Positions 55,701 to 63,628 of a DNA stretch of 64,000 nt are shown one piece after another. Source of the stretch: Candidatus Nomurabacteria bacterium. Its GTDB lineage: Bacteria > Patescibacteriota > Minisyncoccia > Phycocordibacterales > UBA918. Each line of letters begins with the position of its first letter. Within the stretch, counting starts at the first letter, position 1. The position numbers were made by a program, and so were the translations under genes. The DNA lies in contig JACKGC010000001.1 of assembly GCA_020632135.1 (NCBI GenBank), positions 446,134-510,133 of the forward strand, in the 5' to 3' direction. The notes under the pieces were generated by a model. The model made no database searches. It saw nothing but the letters and a program-made list of their open reading frames with translations, and had not been told where the DNA came from.

Positions 55701-57326
55701 ACCTTGTACACTGGCGACAATACCGGCCTCTCAATAAACACCCCGTACACCTACGCTGCTGCCAACACCGCTGCCAAGTGTGAGTACTCGTGTAGCTCTG
55801 GCTACGTCTGGAACGGTACCAGCTGTGCACCGGCAACCTGTACCGGCACCTTGCCAGTCAACAGCACGATCTATACTGGCGACAACACTGGCTTGACCGT
55901 TAATACGCCGTACACCTATGCTACTCCAAATACCACTGCCAAGTGTGAGTACTCGTGTAATTCTGGCTATACCTGGGACGGTGCTAATTGTAATGAAACG
56001 CTCTACCCAGACCTGACCGCCAACAACCTCACGCCAGCTAGTGGTGCCAACTTTACCCCGGGTGCAAATGTCACTTTCACTGGTCAGGCAGTTAACAGTA
56101 ACGTTACTACGGTCGCTGAAGGTGGCTGGGCCGACCTTGAGATCGACTGGGATCGAGATGGAGCTGGTGCGCAAGGTACCTACGATGTAAACCTCAATGC
56201 CTATAGTGGCAGCATGCTCGGAGCATTTAGCCAGAATCAGTCTAAGACACTCAGTTACACGTACAACAACATACCAGCTGGTAATCACCGCTACCGCTTC
56301 CACGTTGATACTGATGGTTCGGGTGTGGAGGAATCAGATGAGACCAACAACCGCTCAGCTTGGGTAAACTTCACGGTCTACGCGCCACCGCCGACCGTGA
56401 GCCTAGAGGCCAATGGTGACGCAGGTTCTACCAATATCACAGAAGGTGGTTCAGTGACCTTGACCTGGGAGTCAGAACACACTCAAAATTGTACTGCGCC
56501 ATGGATGGTGACCTCTGCTCCAGCGGTGCAGAACCTCACAGGGGAGACCAAGAATGGCATCACTGCCAATGTGACATACACCATCCAGTGTCTTGGAGAT
56601 GATGGTAGCACAGCGACTGATCACGTTGATGTCACCGTATCGCTTCTGCCAAACCTCACAGTATCCCTTGGTGCGGTCACGTTCCCACCGGCTGGTTTCG
56701 ACCCTAACACTAATACGTACCAGACTGTGAGTACTCAGTACGTAGTCACCAACAACGGTGGCGAGGGGGTCGGCGAATCCAGTATTCTGCGAATTCAGTT
56801 TGATCTTGATAATAATGGTGGCCCTATTTTGATCGATAACATCACTATTGGTAACCTAGCAGCTGGTGCTTCAACGCCGCTTACTCCGTACACATTCTCA
56901 CCAACCGGTGGTGTTCCTGGTAGCTATGGGCAACACGCTGTCATTGCGACTGTGGACCCGGGTGGTGTAATCGATGAGCGTGACGAATCTGTATCTGATA
57001 ACACTGATACCAGTATTGGTGCCACAGAATACCCCGACCCTGGCATTGAACTCACCGCCAACCCAACCGTGGTCCAGACCGGTGCTACCTCAACCCTGAC
57101 CTGGGATACTAAGCAACCATACGATATGGTATGTACCATCACTGGCCCTGGCCTGACTAGTGGCGACAACTTCAATCCAAGCACCGATGGGACCGAAGGC
57201 ATCCTCTACACCAACCCGATCACCAGCAAGCCAACCTACCTCCTACGCTGCGTGGTTGGTGCAACCGGACAGACCTTCACTGACACTGCCGCCATCGAAA
57301 CCATTGGAGTGATCGAGGAGATCTAG
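52701..57326 (+). CDS. giant secreted/surface protein, paralog B (Cys-rich repeats, CARDB domain, shared C-terminal domain)
   Basis: Signal peptide 'MKKFSLLTLALFLLLTSFTGVSA'. The N-terminal ~440 aa are homologous to paralog A, with the same internal TM hairpin at ~54085-54240. Four to five ~55-aa Cys-rich repeats follow. A CARDB-like domain ends in 'DERDESVSDNTD'. The last ~100 aa are ~97% identical to paralog A. Confidence 0.85.
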   Translation: MKKFSLLTLALFLLLTSFTGVSAQDPLEDELQASPDVMREPASQPVEPPAFLDQIKTQADFDALTDEQKAELGAYYQATQPRPIVVATVEFNDLQIVSQNGQDVQAAFTIINGQGAQPDVRYRFDLYMIGGVDDRKIVDTYVFPETLSVSENESVTKTVSYTAPAYLSGTYGLQLTVETSAGLMLGTGPLKGTVELQGTSGYVDLTRSGCRLSVGGDEALYTTSQGVDLIPGETLSVTCLPTSYLGVPAELIPVMTVFKRTYMGDVVVPEKPLNEYSVAVPAAGSFEITLPVTTPQGAQAYDATLYFQNTAGERVSNFLPLHFVVQGLSGAIQNVVLDKDQYSVGENALVQVTWSGVAGYFANARHDSVTLEAPSVTVQIMNAAGAACTEEATVSLSGTRIVSSVSLPILKNCYNPTVSATLVDGDTVLDTKELAVNSTGEPPVEPAPVVESKPGSNGGPALVLLFLVVLIAVVVGVVYFKRKDTIPPAAGAALFVLGVAFSGLVVPAGEVEAVTYVFDGGASADYDTVTVTYNLLTGTSYTPGQEIQVSVSASRDTLNCDNGSETCQYLGQQAHLVDDYDNHYYYNTPNFTYNPPDPWRIGTYFSYTSRKPSWLPLDSSNYLDDQGCVNGELNLSVSGVLRNFYAPATPGVYTVIAENALPPAMFGEAIHSWYISVGGVAIPTGDISGIGCEIPAIDYRCKAENVTWSTNGLVTSPNVYNFTTNDDYSFAPSGDDDDEHWLEYGPNVIQLLDRPVVLDTVTLNAVCEPGTVWEPRDGGWCIKHYVRAFDCTILEGQSTCNANIWYAYVNPESGSPNLYNQTTVTQYSTSNFIGYNGTSQAYTYGDNTIQLRNGTNVVASDVGTASCASGLSWNGTVCAAASCTGSLPAFSTLYSGDNTGLVVNTPYSYASANTATKCQFSCNVGYVWNGTSCEAAACTGSLPTNSAMYSGDNTGLTAHTPYSYAAANTATKCQYACNTGFTWNGTSCVAQCTGTLPAFTTLYTGDNTGLSINTPYTYAAANTAAKCEYSCSSGYVWNGTSCAPATCTGTLPVNSTIYTGDNTGLTVNTPYTYATPNTTAKCEYSCNSGYTWDGANCNETLYPDLTANNLTPASGANFTPGANVTFTGQAVNSNVTTVAEGGWADLEIDWDRDGAGAQGTYDVNLNAYSGSMLGAFSQNQSKTLSYTYNNIPAGNHRYRFHVDTDGSGVEESDETNNRSAWVNFTVYAPPPTVSLEANGDAGSTNITEGGSVTLTWESEHTQNCTAPWMVTSAPAVQNLTGETKNGITANVTYTIQCLGDDGSTATDHVDVTVSLLPNLTVSLGAVTFPPAGFDPNTNTYQTVSTQYVVTNNGGEGVGESSILRIQFDLDNNGGPILIDNITIGNLAAGASTPLTPYTFSPTGGVPGSYGQHAVIATVDPGGVIDERDESVSDNTDTSIGATEYPDPGIELTANPTVVQTGATSTLTWDTKQPYDMVCTITGPGLTSGDNFNPSTDGTEGILYTNPITSKPTYLLRCVVGATGQTFTDTAAIETIGVIEEI
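55346..55990 (+). repeat. four to five tandem ~165-nt repeats encoding Cys-rich modules
   Basis: 'C[TA]GSLP..S..Y[ST]GDNTGL...TPY[ST]YA.ANTA.KC.[FY].C..G[YF].W.G..C' repeats. Each has four Cys and an EGF/sushi-like C-x2-G-Y-x-W-x-G-x2-C core. Confidence 0.75.
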
Positions 57327-57347
57327 ACTACAGAACACGAAACAGCA

Positions 57348-57376
57348 CGCCGCCCACGAAGTGGGCGGCGTTTTGT
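57348..57376 (+). terminator. rho-independent terminator (copy of 9522-9552)
   Basis: cgccgcccac-gaa-gtgggcggcg followed by ttttgtgtg. Confidence 0.75.
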
Positions 57377-57426
57377 GTGTAAGGCCAGGTAGTTTTAGAT
57401 TAGAGCTGGTACAATGTGAGGTATAT

Positions 57427-58815
57427 ATGAGTAAGCTATTTCGGCCATGGGCCTTTTGGCGGAGACTGCAGTATGGGTTTGGATTCGGAATGATCTGGGT
57501 GCTCATTGGTGCCTTTGTTTACTTCAACAATTTCTATACCGGTCCGAGTTGTCTCGATGGACGATTCAATGGTACTGAAGACGGGGTCGACTGTGGCGGT
57601 GCTTGCGTCCAGATCTGTCCGGCTCAGGTGTTGCCGCCACGGGTCGTGTGGGCAGAGAGTTTCAAGATTGCTGATGGTCAATACAACGTGGTAGCCTACG
57701 TTGAAAACCCCAACCAAACGGCAGCTACTCCCGAACTCCACTACACGTTTACGCTTAAAAGTGGCGGGGCAGTGGTGGCCGAGCGGGCTGGTACTACCAT
57801 CTTGCCGCCTAACAGCGTCTACCCGATCTTTGAGGGACGTGTCTTTACTGATGGTGATGCAGACATCGATGAGACCTTAGTGCTGTTAGATACACCAGAT
57901 CTGTGGCTCCCAGCTTCAACCGGACGTGATCAATTTCGTGCGAGTGATATCAAGCTTACCAACGCTGATGAACGGCCGCGTCTCGATGTAGACTTAGAAA
58001 ATACTGACCTGCGCACCGCAGAGAATGTTGAGGTGGTGGCGACTATCTTTAATGAGCGTGGTGAACCGGTCACTGCTTCGCAGACCCTTGAGGAAAAGAT
58101 CGAAGCGCGTGATACCAAAGAGATCGTCTTCACTTGGCCTAGTTCGATCGCAAAGACCGTGAAGAGTTGTATCATCCCAACTGACGTCGCAATGGCGATA
58201 GACCTCTCCGGCAGTATGAATAATGATGGTGATGAGCCGCCGCAACCGGTCACTGACGCACTAGCTGCGGCCGGTCAGTTTGCCAATACGCTCGGTGTCA
58301 ACGATCAGGTTGCCGTGATCACGTTTGCGACCAAGGCTGCTATCACCACACCACTCACCACGCCTGGTGCGGGGGTGGTGAGTGAGATCGAAGCCCTCAC
58401 CATCGACCCGGCTGAAGAGACTGGTTACACTAATACGGTCGCAGCGCTCATGATGGCACAAAGTGAGCTCAATTCCACCCGGCACAATCTTGATGCGCGC
58501 CGAGTCTTGGTCATGCTTACGGACGGTTTACCAACGACCGCTGGCGATGCAGATATTGTGGGAGAAGCGATCAGTACCGCATTCACACTGCAGGAGGATG
58601 ATATTGAAGTGTACGCGATCGGTTTGGGAGAGAATGTTGATGCAAGCTTCATTCGTGGTATTGCGTCTGAGGCTGAGAATGCGTATTTTGCGCCGACTAG
58701 CGCTGACCTGAATCGTATTTACGCTGAGATCACCTCATCACTCTGTGAAGCAGGGCCAACCAAGATCGATATCATTCCAAAATCGACCACTAATTTCGCA
58801 GTCCCTCATAAATAA
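57427..58815 (+). CDS. membrane-anchored von Willebrand factor A (vWA) domain protein
   Basis: An N-terminal TM helix 'FGMIWVLIGAFVYF'. A C-terminal vWA domain with the MIDAS motif 'DLSGSMNNDG', 'VAVITFATKA' and 'VLVMLTDGLPT'. The ORF extends upstream to a GTG at 57361, inside the terminator. Confidence 0.7.
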   Translation: MSKLFRPWAFWRRLQYGFGFGMIWVLIGAFVYFNNFYTGPSCLDGRFNGTEDGVDCGGACVQICPAQVLPPRVVWAESFKIADGQYNVVAYVENPNQTAATPELHYTFTLKSGGAVVAERAGTTILPPNSVYPIFEGRVFTDGDADIDETLVLLDTPDLWLPASTGRDQFRASDIKLTNADERPRLDVDLENTDLRTAENVEVVATIFNERGEPVTASQTLEEKIEARDTKEIVFTWPSSIAKTVKSCIIPTDVAMAIDLSGSMNNDGDEPPQPVTDALAAAGQFANTLGVNDQVAVITFATKAAITTPLTTPGAGVVSEIEALTIDPAEETGYTNTVAALMMAQSELNSTRHNLDARRVLVMLTDGLPTTAGDADIVGEAISTAFTLQEDDIEVYAIGLGENVDASFIRGIASEAENAYFAPTSADLNRIYAEITSSLCEAGPTKIDIIPKSTTNFAVPHK

Positions 58816-58830
58816 CGTACAATAGCCCTT

Positions 58831-59949
58831 ATGGGGCAGTTACGGACCTTATTTTCTGGTTTTGATCCAGTCCTTTTCTTGAGTGTACTCGGGCTGACGT
58901 TCATGGGTCTCGTTACGATGTACTCACACGTTGGTGACAATGCCTTCTTTGATCGGCAGCTACTCTGGATCGCGCTGGCGACGTTGGGTTTCTTTGCGGC
59001 TATGGTGCCCGATTATCGTTTTTTGCGCGTTGGTAATACTGCCTTCCTCCTGTACCTCGCGATGGTATCGATGTTGGTGCTGGTGCTTGGTATCGGAGAG
59101 ATCACGCTTGGTGCGCAGAGTCGGTTTGACCTTGGCTTCTTTTCGTTGCAGCCATCGGACCCAGCTAAATTGGTGTTGATCATTGTGTTGGCCAAGTACT
59201 TCGCTAAACGCCACGAGCTGATCGGAGACTTCCGACATATTCTTGTGTCGGGCGTCTATGCGCTCGGGGTATTTGGGCTGGTGTTCATTCAGCCTGATTT
59301 TGGTTCGGCGATCATCCTCTTTTTCGTGTGGCTGGGCATGGTGCTTGTATCAGGGATCAAGCTGCGCCACTTACTCACGGTCTTCCTGCTTGGGGCGGTC
59401 GTGTTTGGACTCATGTGGCAGTTTGTGTTTTTTGAATATCAAAAAGAACGTATCATGACTTTCCTTGATCCCCTGTCGGATATTCAAGGGGCGGGGTACA
59501 ACGCGTATCAATCTACAGTAGCGATCGGTTCAGGAGAATTGTTTGGAAAGGGGATCGGGTATGGTACCCAGTCAAAACTACTGTTCCTGCCAGAGTATGA
59601 GACCGACTTCATCTTTGCGGCTTTTGCAGAGGAGTGGGGCCTTATTGGCGTAGGACTTTTGTTCGGACTCTTTGGGTTAGTGGTATGGCGCTTGTTGCAT
59701 CACGCGGTTGAGGCGGCGACCAATTTCGAGCGGTTATTTGCCTCGGGAGTGTGCATGCTCTTTGTGGCGCACTTTTTTGTGCATATTGGTATGAATATCG
59801 GCTTGCTCCCCGTGACCGGAACGACCATTCCGTTTTTGAGTTATGGCGGGTCACACCTACTCACGGAATTTTTGGCGGTTGGTATGGTGCTTGGTATGCG
59901 ACGCTATGCACCAGTGCAGTATCAGTCTGATGCGGTCTTGGAGTCGTAA
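58831..59949 (+). CDS. SEDS-family peptidoglycan glycosyltransferase (FtsW/RodA)
   Basis: 10 TM helices and 'PVTGTTIPFLSYGGSHLL'. 372 aa. Confidence 0.85.
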   Translation: MGQLRTLFSGFDPVLFLSVLGLTFMGLVTMYSHVGDNAFFDRQLLWIALATLGFFAAMVPDYRFLRVGNTAFLLYLAMVSMLVLVLGIGEITLGAQSRFDLGFFSLQPSDPAKLVLIIVLAKYFAKRHELIGDFRHILVSGVYALGVFGLVFIQPDFGSAIILFFVWLGMVLVSGIKLRHLLTVFLLGAVVFGLMWQFVFFEYQKERIMTFLDPLSDIQGAGYNAYQSTVAIGSGELFGKGIGYGTQSKLLFLPEYETDFIFAAFAEEWGLIGVGLLFGLFGLVVWRLLHHAVEAATNFERLFASGVCMLFVAHFFVHIGMNIGLLPVTGTTIPFLSYGGSHLLTEFLAVGMVLGMRRYAPVQYQSDAVLES

Positions 59950-61094
59950 AGCTTAAAGGTGTCTGTGCACATGTGAGTGATCGAGAAGGTGCTTGTGATG
60001 TGTTGTTGGGCGCGCTGTCCCAGTTGCCGTCTCATGCCTTCGTCGCGAATGAGCATGCTAAGAGATGTAGCGAGGAGTTCGGGTGTCGGGGTTACGAGGA
60101 GGCCAGTCTCGCCGGTGGTGATGATGTCGCGGATCCCGGGCAGGTCACTTGCGACGATCGGGAGTCCGGCGAGACCGGCCTCTAAAAGCACGTACGGCAG
60201 GCCTTCTTTTTGTGAACTCAAGACGAAAATATCGAAAGCCATGAGGTGCGGTGCCGCCTCAAGGTAGCCTAGTAGGTGTACTCGTTCTTGAAGTTGCTCT
60301 TGCGTTATGAGCTGCTCGAGTTTCGGGCGTTCTTCACCTTCACCGATGATGAGTAAGTGGGTTTGTGCGGGTAGTGTCCGCAGGGCAGTAATGGCAGCTG
60401 ACCAATTTTTGTTTGGATGCAGCTCACCAATGCCGCCGATCCAGAGTGCGCGGGGTGGGAGGTGAGGCGCGAGCGAAGCTCGCGCCGCAGTGCGTGTCAA
60501 AAAGTCGATCGGGGCTACACCATTTTTAATCAGGACCACCCGATCTTTCATGCGAGGCATTTTCTGGGCGCGCTGGTACGTTTCGCTCGTGATCATGATG
60601 CTCTGATGCGCAAGGGCAAGCGTGATCCAGGTACCCAGGTAGATGAGGGTGCGTTGCCAGCGTGGTCGCCAGACCTCATCGACGGTCAGGCCATGTGAAG
60701 TGAAAATGATGCGTGGCACACGCGCCAGGCGGCCAGCAAGTGCGCCGATACCGCCGGCTTTTGAGCTCGTCACGTGTAGTACCTCGGGGCGCTCGTGTCG
60801 CAGTAGACGCCAGACTTCAAAAAACGCTCGGATGTCACTCAGGAAAGACATGTCACGCATGAAGTGGGAGATGGAGTGTACGGGAATGGCCACTTCTTGC
60901 AGCTTCGTGACGAGGCGGCCAGTGGCGGCACCGGCTTTGCCGGTGCCGCCACATCCTACCACCACTGCATATCCAGCCTGCTTCGCCGCGACCGCCAACT
61001 CAAAAACGTACTTCTGAGCGCCACCAAAATTGCTTTTAGTGATGAGATAGAGGACTTTCTTAGGCTGTTTTCCCTGAGTTTTTGCCATAGTCAC
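59922..61094 (-). CDS. GT-B family 1 (GT4-like) glycosyltransferase
   Basis: 'GGAQKYVFELA' at the N-terminus and 'EGLPYVLLEAGLAGLPIVASDLPG' at the C-terminus (E-x7-E-like motif). Confidence 0.8.
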   Translation of the reverse strand: MTMAKTQGKQPKKVLYLITKSNFGGAQKYVFELAVAAKQAGYAVVVGCGGTGKAGAATGRLVTKLQEVAIPVHSISHFMRDMSFLSDIRAFFEVWRLLRHERPEVLHVTSSKAGGIGALAGRLARVPRIIFTSHGLTVDEVWRPRWQRTLIYLGTWITLALAHQSIMITSETYQRAQKMPRMKDRVVLIKNGVAPIDFLTRTAARASLAPHLPPRALWIGGIGELHPNKNWSAAITALRTLPAQTHLLIIGEGEERPKLEQLITQEQLQERVHLLGYLEAAPHLMAFDIFVLSSQKEGLPYVLLEAGLAGLPIVASDLPGIRDIITTGETGLLVTPTPELLATSLSMLIRDEGMRRQLGQRAQQHITSTFSITHMCTDTFKLYDSKTASD

Positions 61095-61179
61095 TGTACA
61101 ACTAAAGTAGCATGAAAACGGTTATCTGTATTGCTAATCCTGAAAACTCGGGTAGGATTGACACAATCACAGTATTTCT

Positions 61180-62532
61180 ATGGGAGAGCGGGCACGAGAG
61201 CTATCAGTCCTCATAATCGGCGACATCATCATTTTCATTCTAGCGCTCTGGGTCACACTCTTGGTGCGGTATTTTGAGTTACCTTCTGGTACCCGGCTCG
61301 CCGACCACGTGCCACCATTCTTGACCATCAGTGCAGTCTGGTTGGGTATATTCTTTATTCTGGGGTTGTATGATAAACACACTAATCTCCTAAAGAAACT
61401 ACTCGTCAATCGGATCCTGACCGCGCAATTCATCAATGTGGTGGTGGCTGGCTTACTCTTTTTCATCATTCCGTTTGGCATCGCTCCAAAGACGAATTTG
61501 GTTATTTATCTGTTCATCTCAAGTGCACTCCTGACGGCCTGGCGGCTGCAGGTGGTGCCATTACTTTCACCTAAGCAGCGACATAAAGCGATCTTGATCG
61601 CTGATGGGCCTGAAGCCATTGAGCTGGTCGATGAGATCAATAACAACGACCGGTACAACTATTACTTTGTGCGCATCATTGATGAGACGACCTTGCGCGA
61701 TACGCCAGACTTTGAACAGAAGTTGACTGCGCTCATGGAACGGGAGAAGGTTGAGCTCATTGTGGCTGACCCGCGCGGGAAGTCCATCAGCACGTTTTTG
61801 CCGACACTCTTCAGTTTGTCGTTCTTACACTTTGCGGTGACCTTCCTAGATTTCAACCGTCTCTATGAGGACACGTTCGATCGGGTGCCAGTCAATATGT
61901 TGCAGTATGAATGGTTTATTACTAACATCTCACAATCGAAGACGGCGATCTATGACGTGGTCAAACGAGGCATTGATATGGTGGGGGCACTGGCGTTGTT
62001 GATACCAGCGGCTGCGCTTTTTCCATTTGTAGCGCTGGCAATCAAGTTGGATGACCGCGGTCCGCTATTTTACACCACCACTCGCGTTGGGCAGTTCAAT
62101 CGACCGATCACGATCTATAAGTTTCGCACCAAGAATGGGTCTGATGTTGGTACGGCGGCACTCAGTAGTACTCTGGTCGATACCCGGGTCGGTGCGATCT
62201 TGCGCAAAACCCGAGTTGATGAATTGCCCCAGCTCATTAATGTACTTAAGGGCGATCTGTCCTTTGTGGGACCGCGGCCAGAAATGCCCGCGCTTGCAGC
62301 GGTGTATGCAAAAGAGATTCTCTACTACAACACTCGGCATTTTATAAAACCAGGGCTTTCTGGTTGGGCGCAGATCAACAATTTTGATGTGCCACGTGGG
62401 GGGATTGATGTGGAGCGCACTACGACAAAGTTGTCGTATGATCTCTTTTACTTGGAGCGTCGGTCGCTTCTCTTGGATATGCATATTGCACTGAAGACCA
62501 TTGCGGCCATTATCATGCGCACCGGAACCTAA
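61180..62532 (+). CDS. polyprenyl-phosphate sugar phosphotransferase (WbaP/bacterial sugar transferase family)
   Basis: N-terminal TM helices, a C-terminal 'KRGIDMVGALALLIPAAALFPFVALAIKLDDRGPLFY', and 'DELPQLINVLKGDLSFVGPRP'. Confidence 0.85.
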   Translation: MGERARELSVLIIGDIIIFILALWVTLLVRYFELPSGTRLADHVPPFLTISAVWLGIFFILGLYDKHTNLLKKLLVNRILTAQFINVVVAGLLFFIIPFGIAPKTNLVIYLFISSALLTAWRLQVVPLLSPKQRHKAILIADGPEAIELVDEINNNDRYNYYFVRIIDETTLRDTPDFEQKLTALMEREKVELIVADPRGKSISTFLPTLFSLSFLHFAVTFLDFNRLYEDTFDRVPVNMLQYEWFITNISQSKTAIYDVVKRGIDMVGALALLIPAAALFPFVALAIKLDDRGPLFYTTTRVGQFNRPITIYKFRTKNGSDVGTAALSSTLVDTRVGAILRKTRVDELPQLINVLKGDLSFVGPRPEMPALAAVYAKEILYYNTRHFIKPGLSGWAQINNFDVPRGGIDVERTTTKLSYDLFYLERRSLLLDMHIALKTIAAIIMRTGT

Positions 62533-62578
62533 TGAACAAAAATACGAGCAATTACATTGCGACTAATTTTTGTTTACA

Positions 62579-62640
62579 CAGCCCACTACCGCCAGATTTC
62601 CCTTCGGGAAAGAGAAGGGAAATCTGGCGGTAGTGGGCTG
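62579..62640. repeat. 26-bp perfect inverted repeat with a 10-nt loop in the intergenic region
   Basis: cagcccactaccgccagatttccctt-cgggaaagag-aagggaaatctggcggtagtgggctg. There is no downstream T-run. A second smaller hairpin (taaccaaa...tttggtta) follows. Confidence 0.7.
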
Positions 62641-62688
62641 TGCAGGAGAGTAACCAAACTCACCTTGCTTTGGTTAGATGTTTGTAAT

Positions 62689-63603
62689 ATGAATAAGAAA
62701 ACATTTTTGATCACCGGCGGCGCTGGCTTTATTGGTACCAATTTAGCGATCCATTTGACTGAAGTGGGACATAAGGTCGTAGTGGTAGATGATCTTAGCG
62801 CGGGAGACCACACTGCAAGATTGCCAGAAGCGGTCGATTTTCATAAGTTAGATATCCGCGATACTGCAGGCTTAACTAGGGTTTGTGCAGGCGTGGATGT
62901 GATCGTGCACTTGGCGGCGTTGCCACGAGTGCAGTTCTCGATCGAGCATCCGCTCGAGACACACGATGTGAATATCAACGGGACACTGTCGGTCTTAGAG
63001 GCAGCCCGGCACGCAGGAGTACCGCGCATTGTGTATGCGGCATCGAGTTCTGCCTATGGCGACCAAGAGACGCTCCCGCTCTCACTTGATCTGCCGCCAC
63101 AGCCGAAGAGCCCATATGCGCTGCAGAAGTTTGTGGGTGAAGAAATGATGCGCACCTGGAGCGTAGTGTATGGACTCAAGACCGTATCGCTGCGATTTTT
63201 CAATGTATACGGCCCGCACATGGACCCTGATGGTGCATACGCACTAGTGATCGGGCGATTTTTGAAGTTGGTCAAAGCTGGTCAACCACTCACTATTACT
63301 GGTGACGGGCAACAAACTCGTGACTTTACGCACGTAAAGGACGTGATCAAAGCGATCGTAAATGCTGGCACGCTGGAGACGGTTGGCCAAGGCGAGGTGT
63401 TTAATGTGGGGGCAGGGGTACAGACCTCAATCAATGAAATTGCGAAGTTGGTTGGTGGTGAGGTGGAGTACGTACCGGCTCGACTCGAGCCCAAGCACAC
63501 CATGGCCGATATCACCCAAACAAAGGCCAGGCTACAATGGGAACCAAGTATCACGGTGGCCGAAGGAGTAGCAGAACTCAAGCAAGAAGCTGGTTTGATA
63601 TAG
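62689..63603 (+). CDS. NAD-dependent epimerase/dehydratase (UDP-sugar 4-epimerase-like SDR)
   Basis: The Rossmann motif 'ITGGAGFIGTNL' and the catalytic 'SPYALQK' (YxxxK). The ORF extends upstream to 62557 but the first ATG is at 62689. Confidence 0.85.
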   Translation: MNKKTFLITGGAGFIGTNLAIHLTEVGHKVVVVDDLSAGDHTARLPEAVDFHKLDIRDTAGLTRVCAGVDVIVHLAALPRVQFSIEHPLETHDVNINGTLSVLEAARHAGVPRIVYAASSSAYGDQETLPLSLDLPPQPKSPYALQKFVGEEMMRTWSVVYGLKTVSLRFFNVYGPHMDPDGAYALVIGRFLKLVKAGQPLTITGDGQQTRDFTHVKDVIKAIVNAGTLETVGQGEVFNVGAGVQTSINEIAKLVGGEVEYVPARLEPKHTMADITQTKARLQWEPSITVAEGVAELKQEAGLI

Positions 63604-63628
63604 CTTCTGCTGTTATACTGCCGACACT

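Noticed and set aside
57361-57426. GTG-initiated 5' extension of the vWA protein gene
   Set aside because: The extension begins inside the terminator hairpin of the upstream gene. The ATG at 57427 gives a sensible N-terminus followed by a TM helix.
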